A stretch of 32,772 nt of DNA from the NCBI GenBank assembly GCA_023544495.1, contig JAMJFV010000004.1:1-32772 (forward strand), written 5' to 3'. The notes below the pieces were generated by a model. That model was not told the origin of the DNA. It worked only from the letters and a program-made list of their open reading frames with translations, and searched no databases. Position numbers and translations under genes: made by a program. The stretch comes from ANME-2 cluster archaeon. GTDB lineage: Archaea > Halobacteriota > Methanosarcinia > Methanosarcinales > Methanocomedenaceae. Positions within the stretch are counted from its first letter, which is position 1. Each line of letters starts with the position of its first letter. Shown here piece by piece: positions 1-9,061 of this stretch.

Positions 1-913
1 TAAAATGAAGCCATGGACCATACCCTCCGTTGTTGCGGTCCCAGAGTTCAGGATACCGGTTCAACCCTCCCAGTTCTTCATCCCACAGTAATTTATCGAT
101 GCGCTTTACCGTGTTTACATTCCTCAGGTCATGTTCATAGATGAGACCGAACAGTGCAGGAGCATATTCCACAGCATCCACATCGATAACGCTGGATGCA
201 TAAGCATCGTACCCGATAGGGTTACTGCTTTTATATTTCACCCGGATACACTTTATGAATGACCTGCGTCTGGGACTGTACAGCCGTTCAAGGATTGCCT
301 CCCTGACCAGCCCGGACTGCAGCCGCCATTCTCCGACATCTTTGCCCAGTGCCTCCCCTATCTCCACTGCGCTTAAAAGTCCTGCACAGCAGGCGGAGTT
401 GGCATATATCTCAAATCCATGTTCATATGCCGGATATTCATGGATACTGTTGATGGTATGGATGAGATTGACCTCTTCATTTTTATTCTGTAATATGAAA
501 TTAACTGCTCTTTCAATGACTTCCCAGTACTGTTCGCAAAATGCACGGTCGGCAAGGCTTTCAAAGAACATACCGCCTGTGGCTTTGAGATACTTGTTCA
601 GGGCATAGAGGATGAGGCCGTTACCATCTATCTGCAAATCCTTGTAACTGGTATCGTTCCCATCCACATCATACCGCTGGCTGAACTCACCTGAAGGTTT
701 CTGGGAGCCAAGTATGAATTCAAGTCCTCTTTTTGCCTCGGGGAGTAATCCTGCCGAAACAGCACCAAGAATGCAGATGGAATGATCACGGGGGTAGATG
801 AATGGATACCTGGTTCCTGGCGGGCTGGCATAGAACCCGCCATTAGGATGTTGATTTTCGATCAGGATTTTCATGCAGTTCATATAAAGTTTATCTGCCT
901 CATTGAGGTCCAT
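1..913 (-). CDS. GH15-like (alpha/alpha)6 glycoside hydrolase (glucoamylase/trehalase-type); the C-terminal part lies outside the window
   Basis: It runs off the left edge, so it is absent from the ORF track. My minus-strand translation from ATG 913-911 is open to base 1: MDLNEADKLYMNCMKILIENQHPNGGFYASPPGTRYPFIYPRDHSICILGAV...DLQIDGNGLILYALNKYL...WDEELGGLNRYPELWDRNNGGYGPW. GGAGG lies at 928-924. The xRD and QxDxxG motifs fit GH15-type hydrolases. The family call is from memory. Confidence 0.7.
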   Translation of the reverse strand, partial: MDLNEADKLYMNCMKILIENQHPNGGFYASPPGTRYPFIYPRDHSICILGAVSAGLLPEAKRGLEFILGSQKPSGEFSQRYDVDGNDTSYKDLQIDGNGLILYALNKYLKATGGMFFESLADRAFCEQYWEVIERAVNFILQNKNEEVNLIHTINSIHEYPAYEHGFEIYANSACCAGLLSAVEIGEALGKDVGEWRLQSGLVREAILERLYSPRRRSFIKCIRVKYKSSNPIGYDAYASSVIDVDAVEYAPALFGLIYEHDLRNVNTVKRIDKLLWDEELGGLNRYPELWDRNNGGYGPWLHF

Positions 914-918
914 CGATT

Positions 919-1446
919 TCAATCCTCCTTGATAAACTTGAAAACACACACTCCTTTTTCCAATATCGAATCAACGTCTTCTTTACTCACTCCTGCTCTG
1001 GCAATTGCTTCTTCATTATAGACTGGTATGTTACCGGTTGCAGGGGACCTGCAGGCAAGGTGCAGTGTTCTCATACCTGCCATTTCTGCTCTTCTTACGC
1101 GGTAGGCATGATGCATAATACAAATAACGGAAGCCACTGCAGGACATTCGACGATATCCTTATTCTCCTTTTCGCGTTCATTTACATATTCCTCAATCCT
1201 GTGATATTCTTCCGGTCGTTCACCGAACATATCAATAAATCGTATTACTTCGTCTGAGAACGGGTTCAATAGCAGGTAATTTAAATCTCCTTCCGGATCC
1301 CCTTCTAATCCAGGGCCCTGCGTTTCTGCCAGTTCTCTTCCAATTCGGATTAACCATTTAACGGTCATTTCAGGTCCGACCATATCGACGAGGTCCGATA
1401 TGCCTATCATAAGTGCCTGTGGCAGCATGCTGCCGAGTCGAATCAT
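919..1446 (-). CDS. hypothetical protein co-transcribed with the GH15-like gene (faint V4R-like small-molecule-binding character)
   Basis: ORF-track ORF of 175 aa. Its stop is 5 nt upstream of the GH15 start, which suggests translational coupling. I see no firm motif. The segment VECPAVASVICIMHH and the N-terminal helix pattern only weakly recall V4R domains. Confidence 0.5.
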   Translation of the reverse strand: MIRLGSMLPQALMIGISDLVDMVGPEMTVKWLIRIGRELAETQGPGLEGDPEGDLNYLLLNPFSDEVIRFIDMFGERPEEYHRIEEYVNEREKENKDIVECPAVASVICIMHHAYRVRRAEMAGMRTLHLACRSPATGNIPVYNEEAIARAGVSKEDVDSILEKGVCVFKFIKED

Positions 1447-1499
1447 TATTTATCACTCCCGATGTACTTTACGACATGAACAGTTCAATGACATATATT

Positions 1500-2312
1500 T
1501 CATCCCAGAATATTAATAAGTTCCCTGTTCCATCCGACAGGACCAATACCATCTCCTTTTTTGATCCCTGGATGTATGACGGCCGGGTCATAGATACCAC
1601 CTGGTTTTTGCACCAGGATAGCAATATCCACTGCCTTTAACATGGGCAGGTCATTCAGGCTGTCACCAATACCTATAGTCCTGATTTCGGGCCACATACG
1701 GTGGTACAGTCCGGTCAATATATCCACTGCCCCCCCTTTATCGTTGTTGCCCATGATGTGGTAATACCGTCCACCTCTGGTATAATTGAAACCACGCCTG
1801 ACAATCTCACGTTCCAGTTCGTCAGCTTTTGGCGCGGGACTCAATACCCTGAAGGCTTCGTCATAGTCACGGCGTTTGGCCAGTGCTGCTGCTTCTGTAC
1901 TGAGTCCTGTATCCATGCTCACTTCATCAATATCCATGTCCCCGAAACCTATGGCCTGGCACTGGATGTCGGTGCATATTTCTTTTAATGTCTTTGTAAG
2001 GATGTCATATTTCACACCCAGTTCGATGACCTTATAATGGTCAGATATTGTATCGTACTCGTAGGGAAAATCAAAATAATCCTCTGGAATGAATATGGCC
2101 CCACCGTTCTCGGATATCAACGGATGGTATAATTCCAGTTGTTTAGAATAAACGTCGAGTTCTGCCCTCGTCTTGCTGGTACAAAACACCAGTGGAATGT
2201 TCTTTTTACGAATCAGATCAAGGGCTTCCAGCGCAGCCTCGTATGAATACGAGGTATGGTCCAACAAGGTGCCGTCCATATCGGTAAATATGACGTATTC
2301 AGGTTCTGGCAT
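1500..2312 (-). CDS. HAD-IIB phosphatase, mannosyl-/glucosyl-3-phosphoglycerate phosphatase (MpgP/YedP) family
   Basis: 270 aa. The N-terminus has the HAD motif I in FTDMDGTLLD, followed by SYEAALEALDLIRKKNIPLVFCTSKTRAEL...ISENGGAIFIP and a C-terminal GIGDSLNDLPML. This pattern is typical of MpgP/YedP-type Cof-like phosphatases. Confidence 0.75.
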   Translation of the reverse strand: MPEPEYVIFTDMDGTLLDHTSYSYEAALEALDLIRKKNIPLVFCTSKTRAELDVYSKQLELYHPLISENGGAIFIPEDYFDFPYEYDTISDHYKVIELGVKYDILTKTLKEICTDIQCQAIGFGDMDIDEVSMDTGLSTEAAALAKRRDYDEAFRVLSPAPKADELEREIVRRGFNYTRGGRYYHIMGNNDKGGAVDILTGLYHRMWPEIRTIGIGDSLNDLPMLKAVDIAILVQKPGGIYDPAVIHPGIKKGDGIGPVGWNRELINILG

Positions 2313-2421
2313 CGTAACACTCCAGTATATAGTGGGGCTGACAGGTATATAAAATTTGACACAGGGTCAGGAGTCCTCACAGTACAACATACTCCGGAAA
2401 AGAACCGGTGGAAAGGTATAC

Positions 2422-3471
2422 TTATTTTGTACGGCTTCGTCTTTTATAGTAATACAGTCCCAATACCCCTACGATCACAATCACTACTAAATATACATTG
2501 TTCCCCATTTTTTCACTGAAGGGAATATCTTCATAGACCGGGACCGGCGCTTTCATGACATCAGAGATCTGGATATCACCCCGTTCATCACGGTATTTCA
2601 CTTCAGTATTGATCCCATAGGTCTTTGGAAGTGCATTTCCGTCTACTTTTATCCTGTACTTTGCCTGGAATGAATCTCCCGGTGCCAGTGTACCTATGTA
2701 TGCCTGGTCATCAGTGGTACTGAAGGGGTCGACCACACTGATACGGCCCACTGCATCCTGTGCAGTCTCATCCCCTACATTCTTATAGGTTATGGAGAGC
2801 ACGGTCTGGTCACCGGGTCTTGAGTGCGCAGTGACATTCTCTATCGAAAAAGATGCCCTGGGTTTCACTATTATCGTTACAGGTAGCGTCTGGTTCCTGG
2901 TAACGTACCAGTAATCATACTCCTGGTCCGGATAACCATCCACTTTAACATCGTACTGGTACTGGTATGTCAGGTTCAGGGCAAATTGATAGGTACCTGA
3001 AAGAGCATTGTTGAATATCTCGATATCGAACTCCATGGGCGTCGAGACCTCACCTTCCCGTAGCGACCCACCCTGCAAAACCCCGCTCAGGACCTTTACA
3101 GGTGCACCATGAACGTTTTCCAGTGTTCCCCTGATGTTCAGGGCGGTGGTCACATCATATTCCTTGTCCAGTTCGGTTTGGGCGTCTATTGTTTCATCGG
3201 CATTGGACGGGGTATTTTCGGTCCTGAATCCAAAGACAAGTCCATCATTCATCAACTGGATGAACAATGTGGCCTTATCACCCGCATTATATTCGTTATC
3301 GCCGACTAACGATGCAGATAGACCCGGCTCGCCTATGACGTCATAATAGTCTGTCGTGAACTCCCAGATATTTGATGGAACAGACTCAGAGGTTGCATGC
3401 GTGTGTGCTGCGAATACCAGCACCAGTGTAAAAAATACAGGTAAGATTTTTTTCATTGTCATAACTGACAT
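2422..3471 (-). CDS. cell-surface protein with signal peptide and C-terminal TM anchor (COG1361 / S-layer-related beta-sandwich type)
   Basis: 349 aa. The N-terminal signal-like segment is MKKILPVFFTLVLVFAAHTHA. The body is beta-rich. The C-terminus has a hydrophobic span plus basic tail, VYLVVIVIVGVLGLYYYKRRSRTK. No PGF motif is present. Confidence 0.6.
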   Translation of the reverse strand: MSVMTMKKILPVFFTLVLVFAAHTHATSESVPSNIWEFTTDYYDVIGEPGLSASLVGDNEYNAGDKATLFIQLMNDGLVFGFRTENTPSNADETIDAQTELDKEYDVTTALNIRGTLENVHGAPVKVLSGVLQGGSLREGEVSTPMEFDIEIFNNALSGTYQFALNLTYQYQYDVKVDGYPDQEYDYWYVTRNQTLPVTIIVKPRASFSIENVTAHSRPGDQTVLSITYKNVGDETAQDAVGRISVVDPFSTTDDQAYIGTLAPGDSFQAKYRIKVDGNALPKTYGINTEVKYRDERGDIQISDVMKAPVPVYEDIPFSEKMGNNVYLVVIVIVGVLGLYYYKRRSRTK

Positions 3472-3572
3472 CTGCTAACGGAGATATTGTTTCAGATCCT
3501 CTGTTTCATAGTTCTACTATCTTTGTGTAACCTCATAGATATAATATTTATGAAAACATGTAGAGGGTTACC

Positions 3573-4655
3573 ATGAAATATGAAACTAATTCCGGTTCAT
3601 TCTACAATTACCTGCCCGGAGGTTGCAAATTCTGCCGGGATGGTGCAAAAATGGTACTGTTCGTAACCGGATTGTGCCATCGTGACTGTTTCTACTGTCC
3701 GGTATCAGAGGAAAAGCGACAGAACGATGTTACCTTTGCCAATGAGAGACCGGTGTTTTCAAACGAGGACATACTCTGTGAAGCGCACAGCATGGGAGCA
3801 CAGGGTACAGGGATAACCGGAGGTGAACCCCTTTTAGTGCTGGGGCGGGTCCTGGATCACATACGACTGCTCAAACATGAGTTCGGACCTGAACACCACA
3901 TACATCTCTACACTGCCGGTACCCCTTCCAGGGAAATGCTGGAACAACTTTACTCAGCCGGACTTGACGAGATACGTTTCCATCCTGGTTTGGATATTTG
4001 GGACCGGCTTGAGGGTAGCGATCATGCCACATCCGTTGAAGATGCAAAAAATGTGGGTCTGGATGTGGGTATTGAGATTCCGTCACTTCCGGGACTGCAT
4101 CATGTGGCTGTATTTGCCCTGGCACATAGCATATTCCTCAACCTCAACGAACTGGAGTTTTCCCCGACCAATTTAAATGCAATGGAACAACAGGGATTTT
4201 CCCCCGTTGATGATGAAGGTTGTGCCGTTGCAGGTAGCAGGCAAACAGCAGAGGCCATTGTAGAAAGTTGTTCTGGATTGCATGTACATTTTTGTTCATC
4301 CAGTTTCAAGGATAGCGTACAATTACGCAAAAGACTGCTTCGCACCGCGCGGACCACAGCCCGTGAATTTGATGAGGTCACTCCTGATGGCACTCTGCTA
4401 TACGGTGTAGTGGAAGGAGAGGTAGAACGTATCACCGGTCTTCTGGAGCAACTGGACGTGCCCCGGGACCTGTATGCATGCAAACATGGCAGGGTGGAAC
4501 TGGGTTGGTGGGTGCTTGAGGATATTACGGATGAGATTGCCAGTGAATTTTCAGCCTGGTACGAAGAATGTTATCCTACATATGAACGGATGGTGGTTGA
4601 AAAAACACCCCTTGATAATGTAGATGGCTTTAATAGTAACGCTAACTTTTATTAA
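3573..4655 (+). CDS. radical SAM domain protein (PflA-related, COG2108-like)
   Basis: 360 aa. The CX3CX2C cluster motif is in GLCHRDCFYCPV, followed by GITGGEPLL (SAM/glycine-rich motif). Confidence 0.8.
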   Translation: MKYETNSGSFYNYLPGGCKFCRDGAKMVLFVTGLCHRDCFYCPVSEEKRQNDVTFANERPVFSNEDILCEAHSMGAQGTGITGGEPLLVLGRVLDHIRLLKHEFGPEHHIHLYTAGTPSREMLEQLYSAGLDEIRFHPGLDIWDRLEGSDHATSVEDAKNVGLDVGIEIPSLPGLHHVAVFALAHSIFLNLNELEFSPTNLNAMEQQGFSPVDDEGCAVAGSRQTAEAIVESCSGLHVHFCSSSFKDSVQLRKRLLRTARTTAREFDEVTPDGTLLYGVVEGEVERITGLLEQLDVPRDLYACKHGRVELGWWVLEDITDEIASEFSAWYEECYPTYERMVVEKTPLDNVDGFNSNANFY

Positions 4656-4695
4656 CCAATAAAAGAACATAATTATCCTTAATTCTAATACAATA

Positions 4696-5019
4696 ATGAG
4701 TAATTGGTGGTTAACACTGAGCCAAACAACAGATCAAGTAAAAGAAAGATTGGTAAAATATCTGCGCAGAGATGAGACCAATCTGCGCAAGAACGTCCTT
4801 ATCATGTTCCTCAAAGGAGATACCTATACCACGAACGACATCTACAATAATCTGGTACAGCATGGATTTGATGTGAACTACCGTGGTGTCTCAGCTATGG
4901 TAGGATTGATGAACACCCGGCTTGGTATTTTACGCATAGACGTGACAAGGGAACACAACCATTATTCGTTGAAGGATGATTTTAAAGACATCGTAAAGGG
5001 TGTTCTGGATAATTTTTAG
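4696..5019 (+). CDS. small conserved archaeal protein, probable winged-helix fold (DUF2551-like, from memory)
   Basis: 107 aa ORF with clean intergenic spacing. The basic/helical N-terminus is KERLVKYLRRDETNLRKNVLIMFLKGDTYTTNDIYNNL. The family name is uncertain. Confidence 0.5.
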   Translation: MSNWWLTLSQTTDQVKERLVKYLRRDETNLRKNVLIMFLKGDTYTTNDIYNNLVQHGFDVNYRGVSAMVGLMNTRLGILRIDVTREHNHYSLKDDFKDIVKGVLDNF

Positions 5020-5057
5020 GTGCCATGAATAGTAAGTTTTAGGATGAGGATATTATT

Positions 5058-5870
5058 ATGCTCAGGGTAGGAGTAGTTGGTTGCGGTGCTATTGGTTCAA
5101 TTATCTGCCGCGCCCTGGATAAGGACATTGAAGGTGCTGAACTGGTTGCCATTCACGAACACCATACTGAAAACATAGAATCGCTCTGTGCCGAGCTGTC
5201 CTGTAAACCAGGGGTAATGAAAATCAGCGAGATGGTGAAAGAGGTAGACCTGGTTGTTGAATCTGCCTCAGCAATTGCTGTTCCGCAGGCCGCCATCCCG
5301 GCATTGAAAAGTGGCTGCGACGTAATGATAATGAGTGTCGGGGCCCTGGTCGACCGGCAGCTTCTCGATGCCCTTGTTAATCTGGCCCGCAAGCAGAATT
5401 GCAGGATATTTCTGCCATCGGGCGCGGTCGCAGGTATTGACGGCATTAAATCTGCATCCGTTGCTCCAGTCCATTCAGTGACATTGACCACTACAAAACC
5501 GCCAAAGGGACTGGCTGGAGCCCCCTATGTAGTAGCGAACGATATCGACCTGGACTCTTTTGATAGACCGGAGGTCATATTTGACGGAACTGCGATCGAG
5601 GCGGTAAGAGCATTCCCTGCCAACGTAAATGTGGCAGCATGCATCAGCCTGGCCGGTGTTGGAGTGGACAGGACAAGAGTAAAAATAGTGGTGGACCCTG
5701 GCTCGAACCGGAACCGGCATGAAATTGAGGTGATAGGGGACTTTGGCAGGTTTGCCAGTGTAGTGGAGAATATTCCATTTCCGGAAAATCCAAGGACGAG
5801 TTACCTGGCAGCACTTTCAGCGGTAGCAACTCTCAAGAAGATAGCCAGCCCTCTGCAAATCGGAACATAA
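5058..5870 (+). CDS. nadX: L-aspartate dehydrogenase
   Basis: 270 aa. It has the Rossmann N-terminus MLRVGVVGCGAIGSIICRAL, then LPSGAVAGIDGIKSA, NVNVAA and RNRHEIEV. Length and layout are characteristic of NadX. Confidence 0.85.
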   Translation: MLRVGVVGCGAIGSIICRALDKDIEGAELVAIHEHHTENIESLCAELSCKPGVMKISEMVKEVDLVVESASAIAVPQAAIPALKSGCDVMIMSVGALVDRQLLDALVNLARKQNCRIFLPSGAVAGIDGIKSASVAPVHSVTLTTTKPPKGLAGAPYVVANDIDLDSFDRPEVIFDGTAIEAVRAFPANVNVAACISLAGVGVDRTRVKIVVDPGSNRNRHEIEVIGDFGRFASVVENIPFPENPRTSYLAALSAVATLKKIASPLQIGT

Positions 5871-5932
5871 AAACGGAAGAGACGGAAATAGTAATTTCCT
5901 ATAGTATACAGTATTTACAGGAGCAATCAACC

Positions 5933-6643
5933 ATTATCTCGATACAGCATATATCAAAGTCTTTCGGGAACCATGATGTCCTTAAAGACATCAACCTGGA
6001 AATACCAACCGGGGATTTCCTGACCATCTTTGGTCCCAACGGAGCCGGTAAGACCACCCTGGTCAAGATAATGTCCACACTGGTAAGCCCTACTTCCGGG
6101 AATGTCAGGGTACACGAGCATGATGTGCGGGAATCTCCGCTGGAAGTAAGGCGGCTTATCGGCATCATATCCCACGAAACCTACCTGTACCAGGACCTTA
6201 CTGCCAGAGAGAACCTGTTATTTTTTGGCAGGATGTACGGTATGAAAGCAGATGCACTGGATAGCAGGATACATGAACTGGTCGAGGAAGTGGGATTACA
6301 GTACCGGCTGGATGACAGGGTAGGTACGTTCAGCAGGGGCATGAAACAGCGCCTGAGCATTGCCCGTGCCATATTGCACGATCCTAAAGTATTGTTCCTG
6401 GATGAGCCATATACGGGCCTTGACCAGCATGCTGCTGCGACTTTCGATTCCATCCTGAAAGAACTGGACGTATCAGATAAGACCCAGGTCATGGTATCCC
6501 ATGACCTTGAGAGGGGCATAGCACTGGCAGATAAAGTGGTAATCCTGTTCGGAGGTCATATTGTATTCGAGACCGAAAAAGATGCTATAAGGGATATCCA
6601 TGAGTTCAGGCAGACCTATGAACACTATGTACACGAGGTGTAA
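5933..6643 (+). CDS. ccmA: ABC transporter ATP-binding protein, heme exporter CcmA-like; start codon non-canonical
   Basis: The ORF-track start (ATG 6071) lies downstream of the Walker A motif GPNGAGKTT, whose Gly codon is at 6032 in the same frame. That frame is open back to a TGA at 5726-5728 and contains no in-frame ATG, GTG or TTG before 6071. AGGAG at 5919-5923 precedes ATT 5933 (IISIQHISKSFGNHDVLKDINLEI). The signature FSRGMKQRLSIARA and Walker B LFLDEP are present. Confidence 0.75.
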   Translation: MISIQHISKSFGNHDVLKDINLEIPTGDFLTIFGPNGAGKTTLVKIMSTLVSPTSGNVRVHEHDVRESPLEVRRLIGIISHETYLYQDLTARENLLFFGRMYGMKADALDSRIHELVEEVGLQYRLDDRVGTFSRGMKQRLSIARAILHDPKVLFLDEPYTGLDQHAAATFDSILKELDVSDKTQVMVSHDLERGIALADKVVILFGGHIVFETEKDAIRDIHEFRQTYEHYVHEV

Positions 6644-6646
6644 GAT

Positions 6647-7321
6647 ATGAAGGAGTTCCTGTACCTGGCCTGGAAGGACCTGCTGATGGAGTTTCGGACC
6701 AAACAGATGCTGAACAGCATGATAATATTCTCGCTTCTTGTTATCGTTATTTTCAATTATTCCTTTACGAATGTCCTGTTCAGTATTGAGGTATCTGATA
6801 TTGCTCCTGGCATATTGTGGATAGCTTTCACATTTGCAGGGATGCTTGGTCTATCCCGTTCTTTTGCCGGTGAAAAAGAGGACGGGTGCCTTGATGGATT
6901 GAAATTGTGCCCTGTTGACCCGGGTGTTATCTATCTGGGAAAGGTGACCTCGAATCTTGTCATAATGTTCATGATAGAGGTCATTATCGTGCCACTGTTC
7001 ATGGTACTTTTCAATTTCACTGACATTCAGAGCCTGACCGGGCTGGGTATTGTGATACTGCTGGGTACCCTGGGTTTTATACTTGTGGGGACCCTCTTCT
7101 CAGCCCTGACCGTGAACATGAGAACACGGGAGATACTGCTGCCTGTGATCCTGTTCCCTATTATTATACCTTTGATCATGTCAGCCGTGCTTGCAACCCA
7201 GAAGGTCCTGACAAGTAGCAACATAATGGACGCCGCTGATGAACTCAGATTGCTGATGGTATATGATGTGGTATTCTTCATTGCAGCACAGCTGATGTTC
7301 GAGTATGTGATCGAGGATTAG
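6647..7321 (+). CDS. ccmB: heme exporter membrane protein CcmB
   Basis: 224 aa with about 6 TM spans, starting 3 nt after the ccmA stop. The segment IAPGILWIAFTFAGMLGLSRSFAGEKEDGCLDGLKL parallels the conserved CcmB block (E. coli APGIIWVAALLSSLLALERLFRDDLQDGSLEQL, from memory). Confidence 0.75.
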   Translation: MKEFLYLAWKDLLMEFRTKQMLNSMIIFSLLVIVIFNYSFTNVLFSIEVSDIAPGILWIAFTFAGMLGLSRSFAGEKEDGCLDGLKLCPVDPGVIYLGKVTSNLVIMFMIEVIIVPLFMVLFNFTDIQSLTGLGIVILLGTLGFILVGTLFSALTVNMRTREILLPVILFPIIIPLIMSAVLATQKVLTSSNIMDAADELRLLMVYDVVFFIAAQLMFEYVIED

Positions 7322-7404
7322 CAGTTGATCGAACTGGATGTTCCGGGTTGACTATTCCTGGTATCTGGTAGCTTTATGCCTGATATTGAACAAGAGTATC
7401 AGTA

Positions 7405-8763
7405 GTGATAAACATGGCTGCAAAGAATATTGTTATCGTTGGACTGGGTGTAGGCGGTTTTTCCGCACTGATGGCTGCAAAGAAGATATCTCCGACCTCA
7501 CACATTACCATTGTTGAGCGCAGGAATTGCGATATGTTCTCATCCTGCGGATTGCCCTTTGTTATCGAAGGCATCATCCCGGATCCGGAGAATCTGAAGC
7601 ACACACTTCCCACCGGCAGTATGGGGGTAGAGAAACTGCTGTTGCATGAGTTGCGTTCGATAGATACTGGAAATAAGGTAATAGAAGTCGATGACCTAGC
7701 AACAGGGACCCAAAAAGAGATAGTATACGATAGTCTCATCCTTGCTACCGGGTCAGAGCCGTTCATCCCTCCTATTCCGGGTGCAAGAGAACTGCTGGGC
7801 AGGGGCGTTTATACCCTTAGCAGTCCTGAGGATACGTATACAATACTGGAAGCTGCCAGTGATAAGAAACATGCCGTGGTCATGGGCGCCGGTCCGATCG
7901 GGCTTGAGGTAGCAGTGGCCCTGAAAGCCGTGGGCATGGATGTCGTGGTTGTAGAAATGCTGGAATGGGCATTTCCCAGGGCCATTGACAAAGATATGGC
8001 CAGTGCAGTGAGCAATGTCCTAAAATCTCTGGGGATACGCTCAATGATGGGAAAAGCTGTGGAAAAAGTAGTTGGCGAAGACCATATCAAAGCTGTGGAG
8101 GTGGGCGGCGAGACACTTGACGCTGACCTGCTGGTAGCCGCATCTGGTGTCAGGGCTGATCTTTCTATTGTGCGGGATGCAGGTATTGAGATAGGGCGGT
8201 TTGGCATTACAACTAATATGGGAATGATGACAAATGTAAAGGATATCTTTGCAGCAGGCGATTCAGTTGAGGTAACAAATCCATTGAGCCACAGGCCATG
8301 GTCATCCCAGCTTGCCAATTCGGCGTTCAGGCAGGGTACCGTTGCAGGCACGAATGCGGCAGGCGGTTATGCTACCTATGACGGTTCATTAACTACTTTC
8401 GTATCAGTGGTGGGGGACCTGGAAGTGGCTGCTACCGGATTCAACAGTCACTTTGCATCAATGTACGGATTTAATGTGGTGAGCGGCAAGGCTAAAGGGA
8501 AAACCAGGCCGGATTGGTATCCTGGAGGCGAGGATATCAGTGTAAAGGTACTGGCAGATTCATCTACTGGAAAGCTTCTTGGCGCCCAGGCTGTGGGCAG
8601 GGGTGCGGCAGCCAGGATAAATGTAGTAGCAGTAGCACTAAAAAGCGGATTGACCGTACATGAACTGGCAGAAGTGGAACTGGCTTATTGTCCTGCAGTT
8701 TCTGAAACCTATGATGTATTGACAAAAGCCTGTGACTTTGCTGTGCGTAAGTTGAATAAATAA
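7405..8763 (+). CDS. pyridine nucleotide-disulfide oxidoreductase, CoA-disulfide reductase / NADH oxidase family
   Basis: 452 aa. It has the FAD motif IVIVGLGVGGFSA, the single redox Cys context FSSCGLPFVI, a second dinucleotide motif VVMGAGPIGLEVA and GDSV. The start could be GTG 7405 or ATG 7414. Confidence 0.8.
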   Translation: MINMAAKNIVIVGLGVGGFSALMAAKKISPTSHITIVERRNCDMFSSCGLPFVIEGIIPDPENLKHTLPTGSMGVEKLLLHELRSIDTGNKVIEVDDLATGTQKEIVYDSLILATGSEPFIPPIPGARELLGRGVYTLSSPEDTYTILEAASDKKHAVVMGAGPIGLEVAVALKAVGMDVVVVEMLEWAFPRAIDKDMASAVSNVLKSLGIRSMMGKAVEKVVGEDHIKAVEVGGETLDADLLVAASGVRADLSIVRDAGIEIGRFGITTNMGMMTNVKDIFAAGDSVEVTNPLSHRPWSSQLANSAFRQGTVAGTNAAGGYATYDGSLTTFVSVVGDLEVAATGFNSHFASMYGFNVVSGKAKGKTRPDWYPGGEDISVKVLADSSTGKLLGAQAVGRGAAARINVVAVALKSGLTVHELAEVELAYCPAVSETYDVLTKACDFAVRKLNK

Positions 8764-8862
8764 ATTTGTATAAATACGATGTCTATATGTATGTAGTATA
8801 GTTTTGTGCAAACCGTACATAACTACATATATTGATAAAACATTTATCATATTGGTGATATA

Positions 8863-9045
8863 ATGACTGTAGTAATTAATGAAAATGCATGTGACAAAGC
8901 CCCACGTTGTGGAATGATACGATTATGCCCCGCAGGTGCAATATCCCAGCTGGCTGACGGATATCCTGAAGTGAGCCAGGATAACTGCATAGAATGTGGT
9001 CAATGTGTAGAATATTGTCCACACCAGGCTTTGTCCTTCGTGTAG
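8863..9045 (+). CDS. small 4Fe-4S ferredoxin-like protein
   Basis: 60 aa. One canonical CIECGQCVEYCP motif plus an atypical first Cys set, CDKAPRCGMIRLCP. Confidence 0.75.
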   Translation: MTVVINENACDKAPRCGMIRLCPAGAISQLADGYPEVSQDNCIECGQCVEYCPHQALSFV

Positions 9046-9061
9046 TCATGGTGAACTGCCA

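Noticed and set aside
8790-8829. Hairpin tatgtagt / actacata downstream of the CoADR/Nox gene as a terminator or regulatory element
   Set aside because: The stem is only 8 bp and AT-rich, with a 24-nt loop and no T tract. It is too weak to call.
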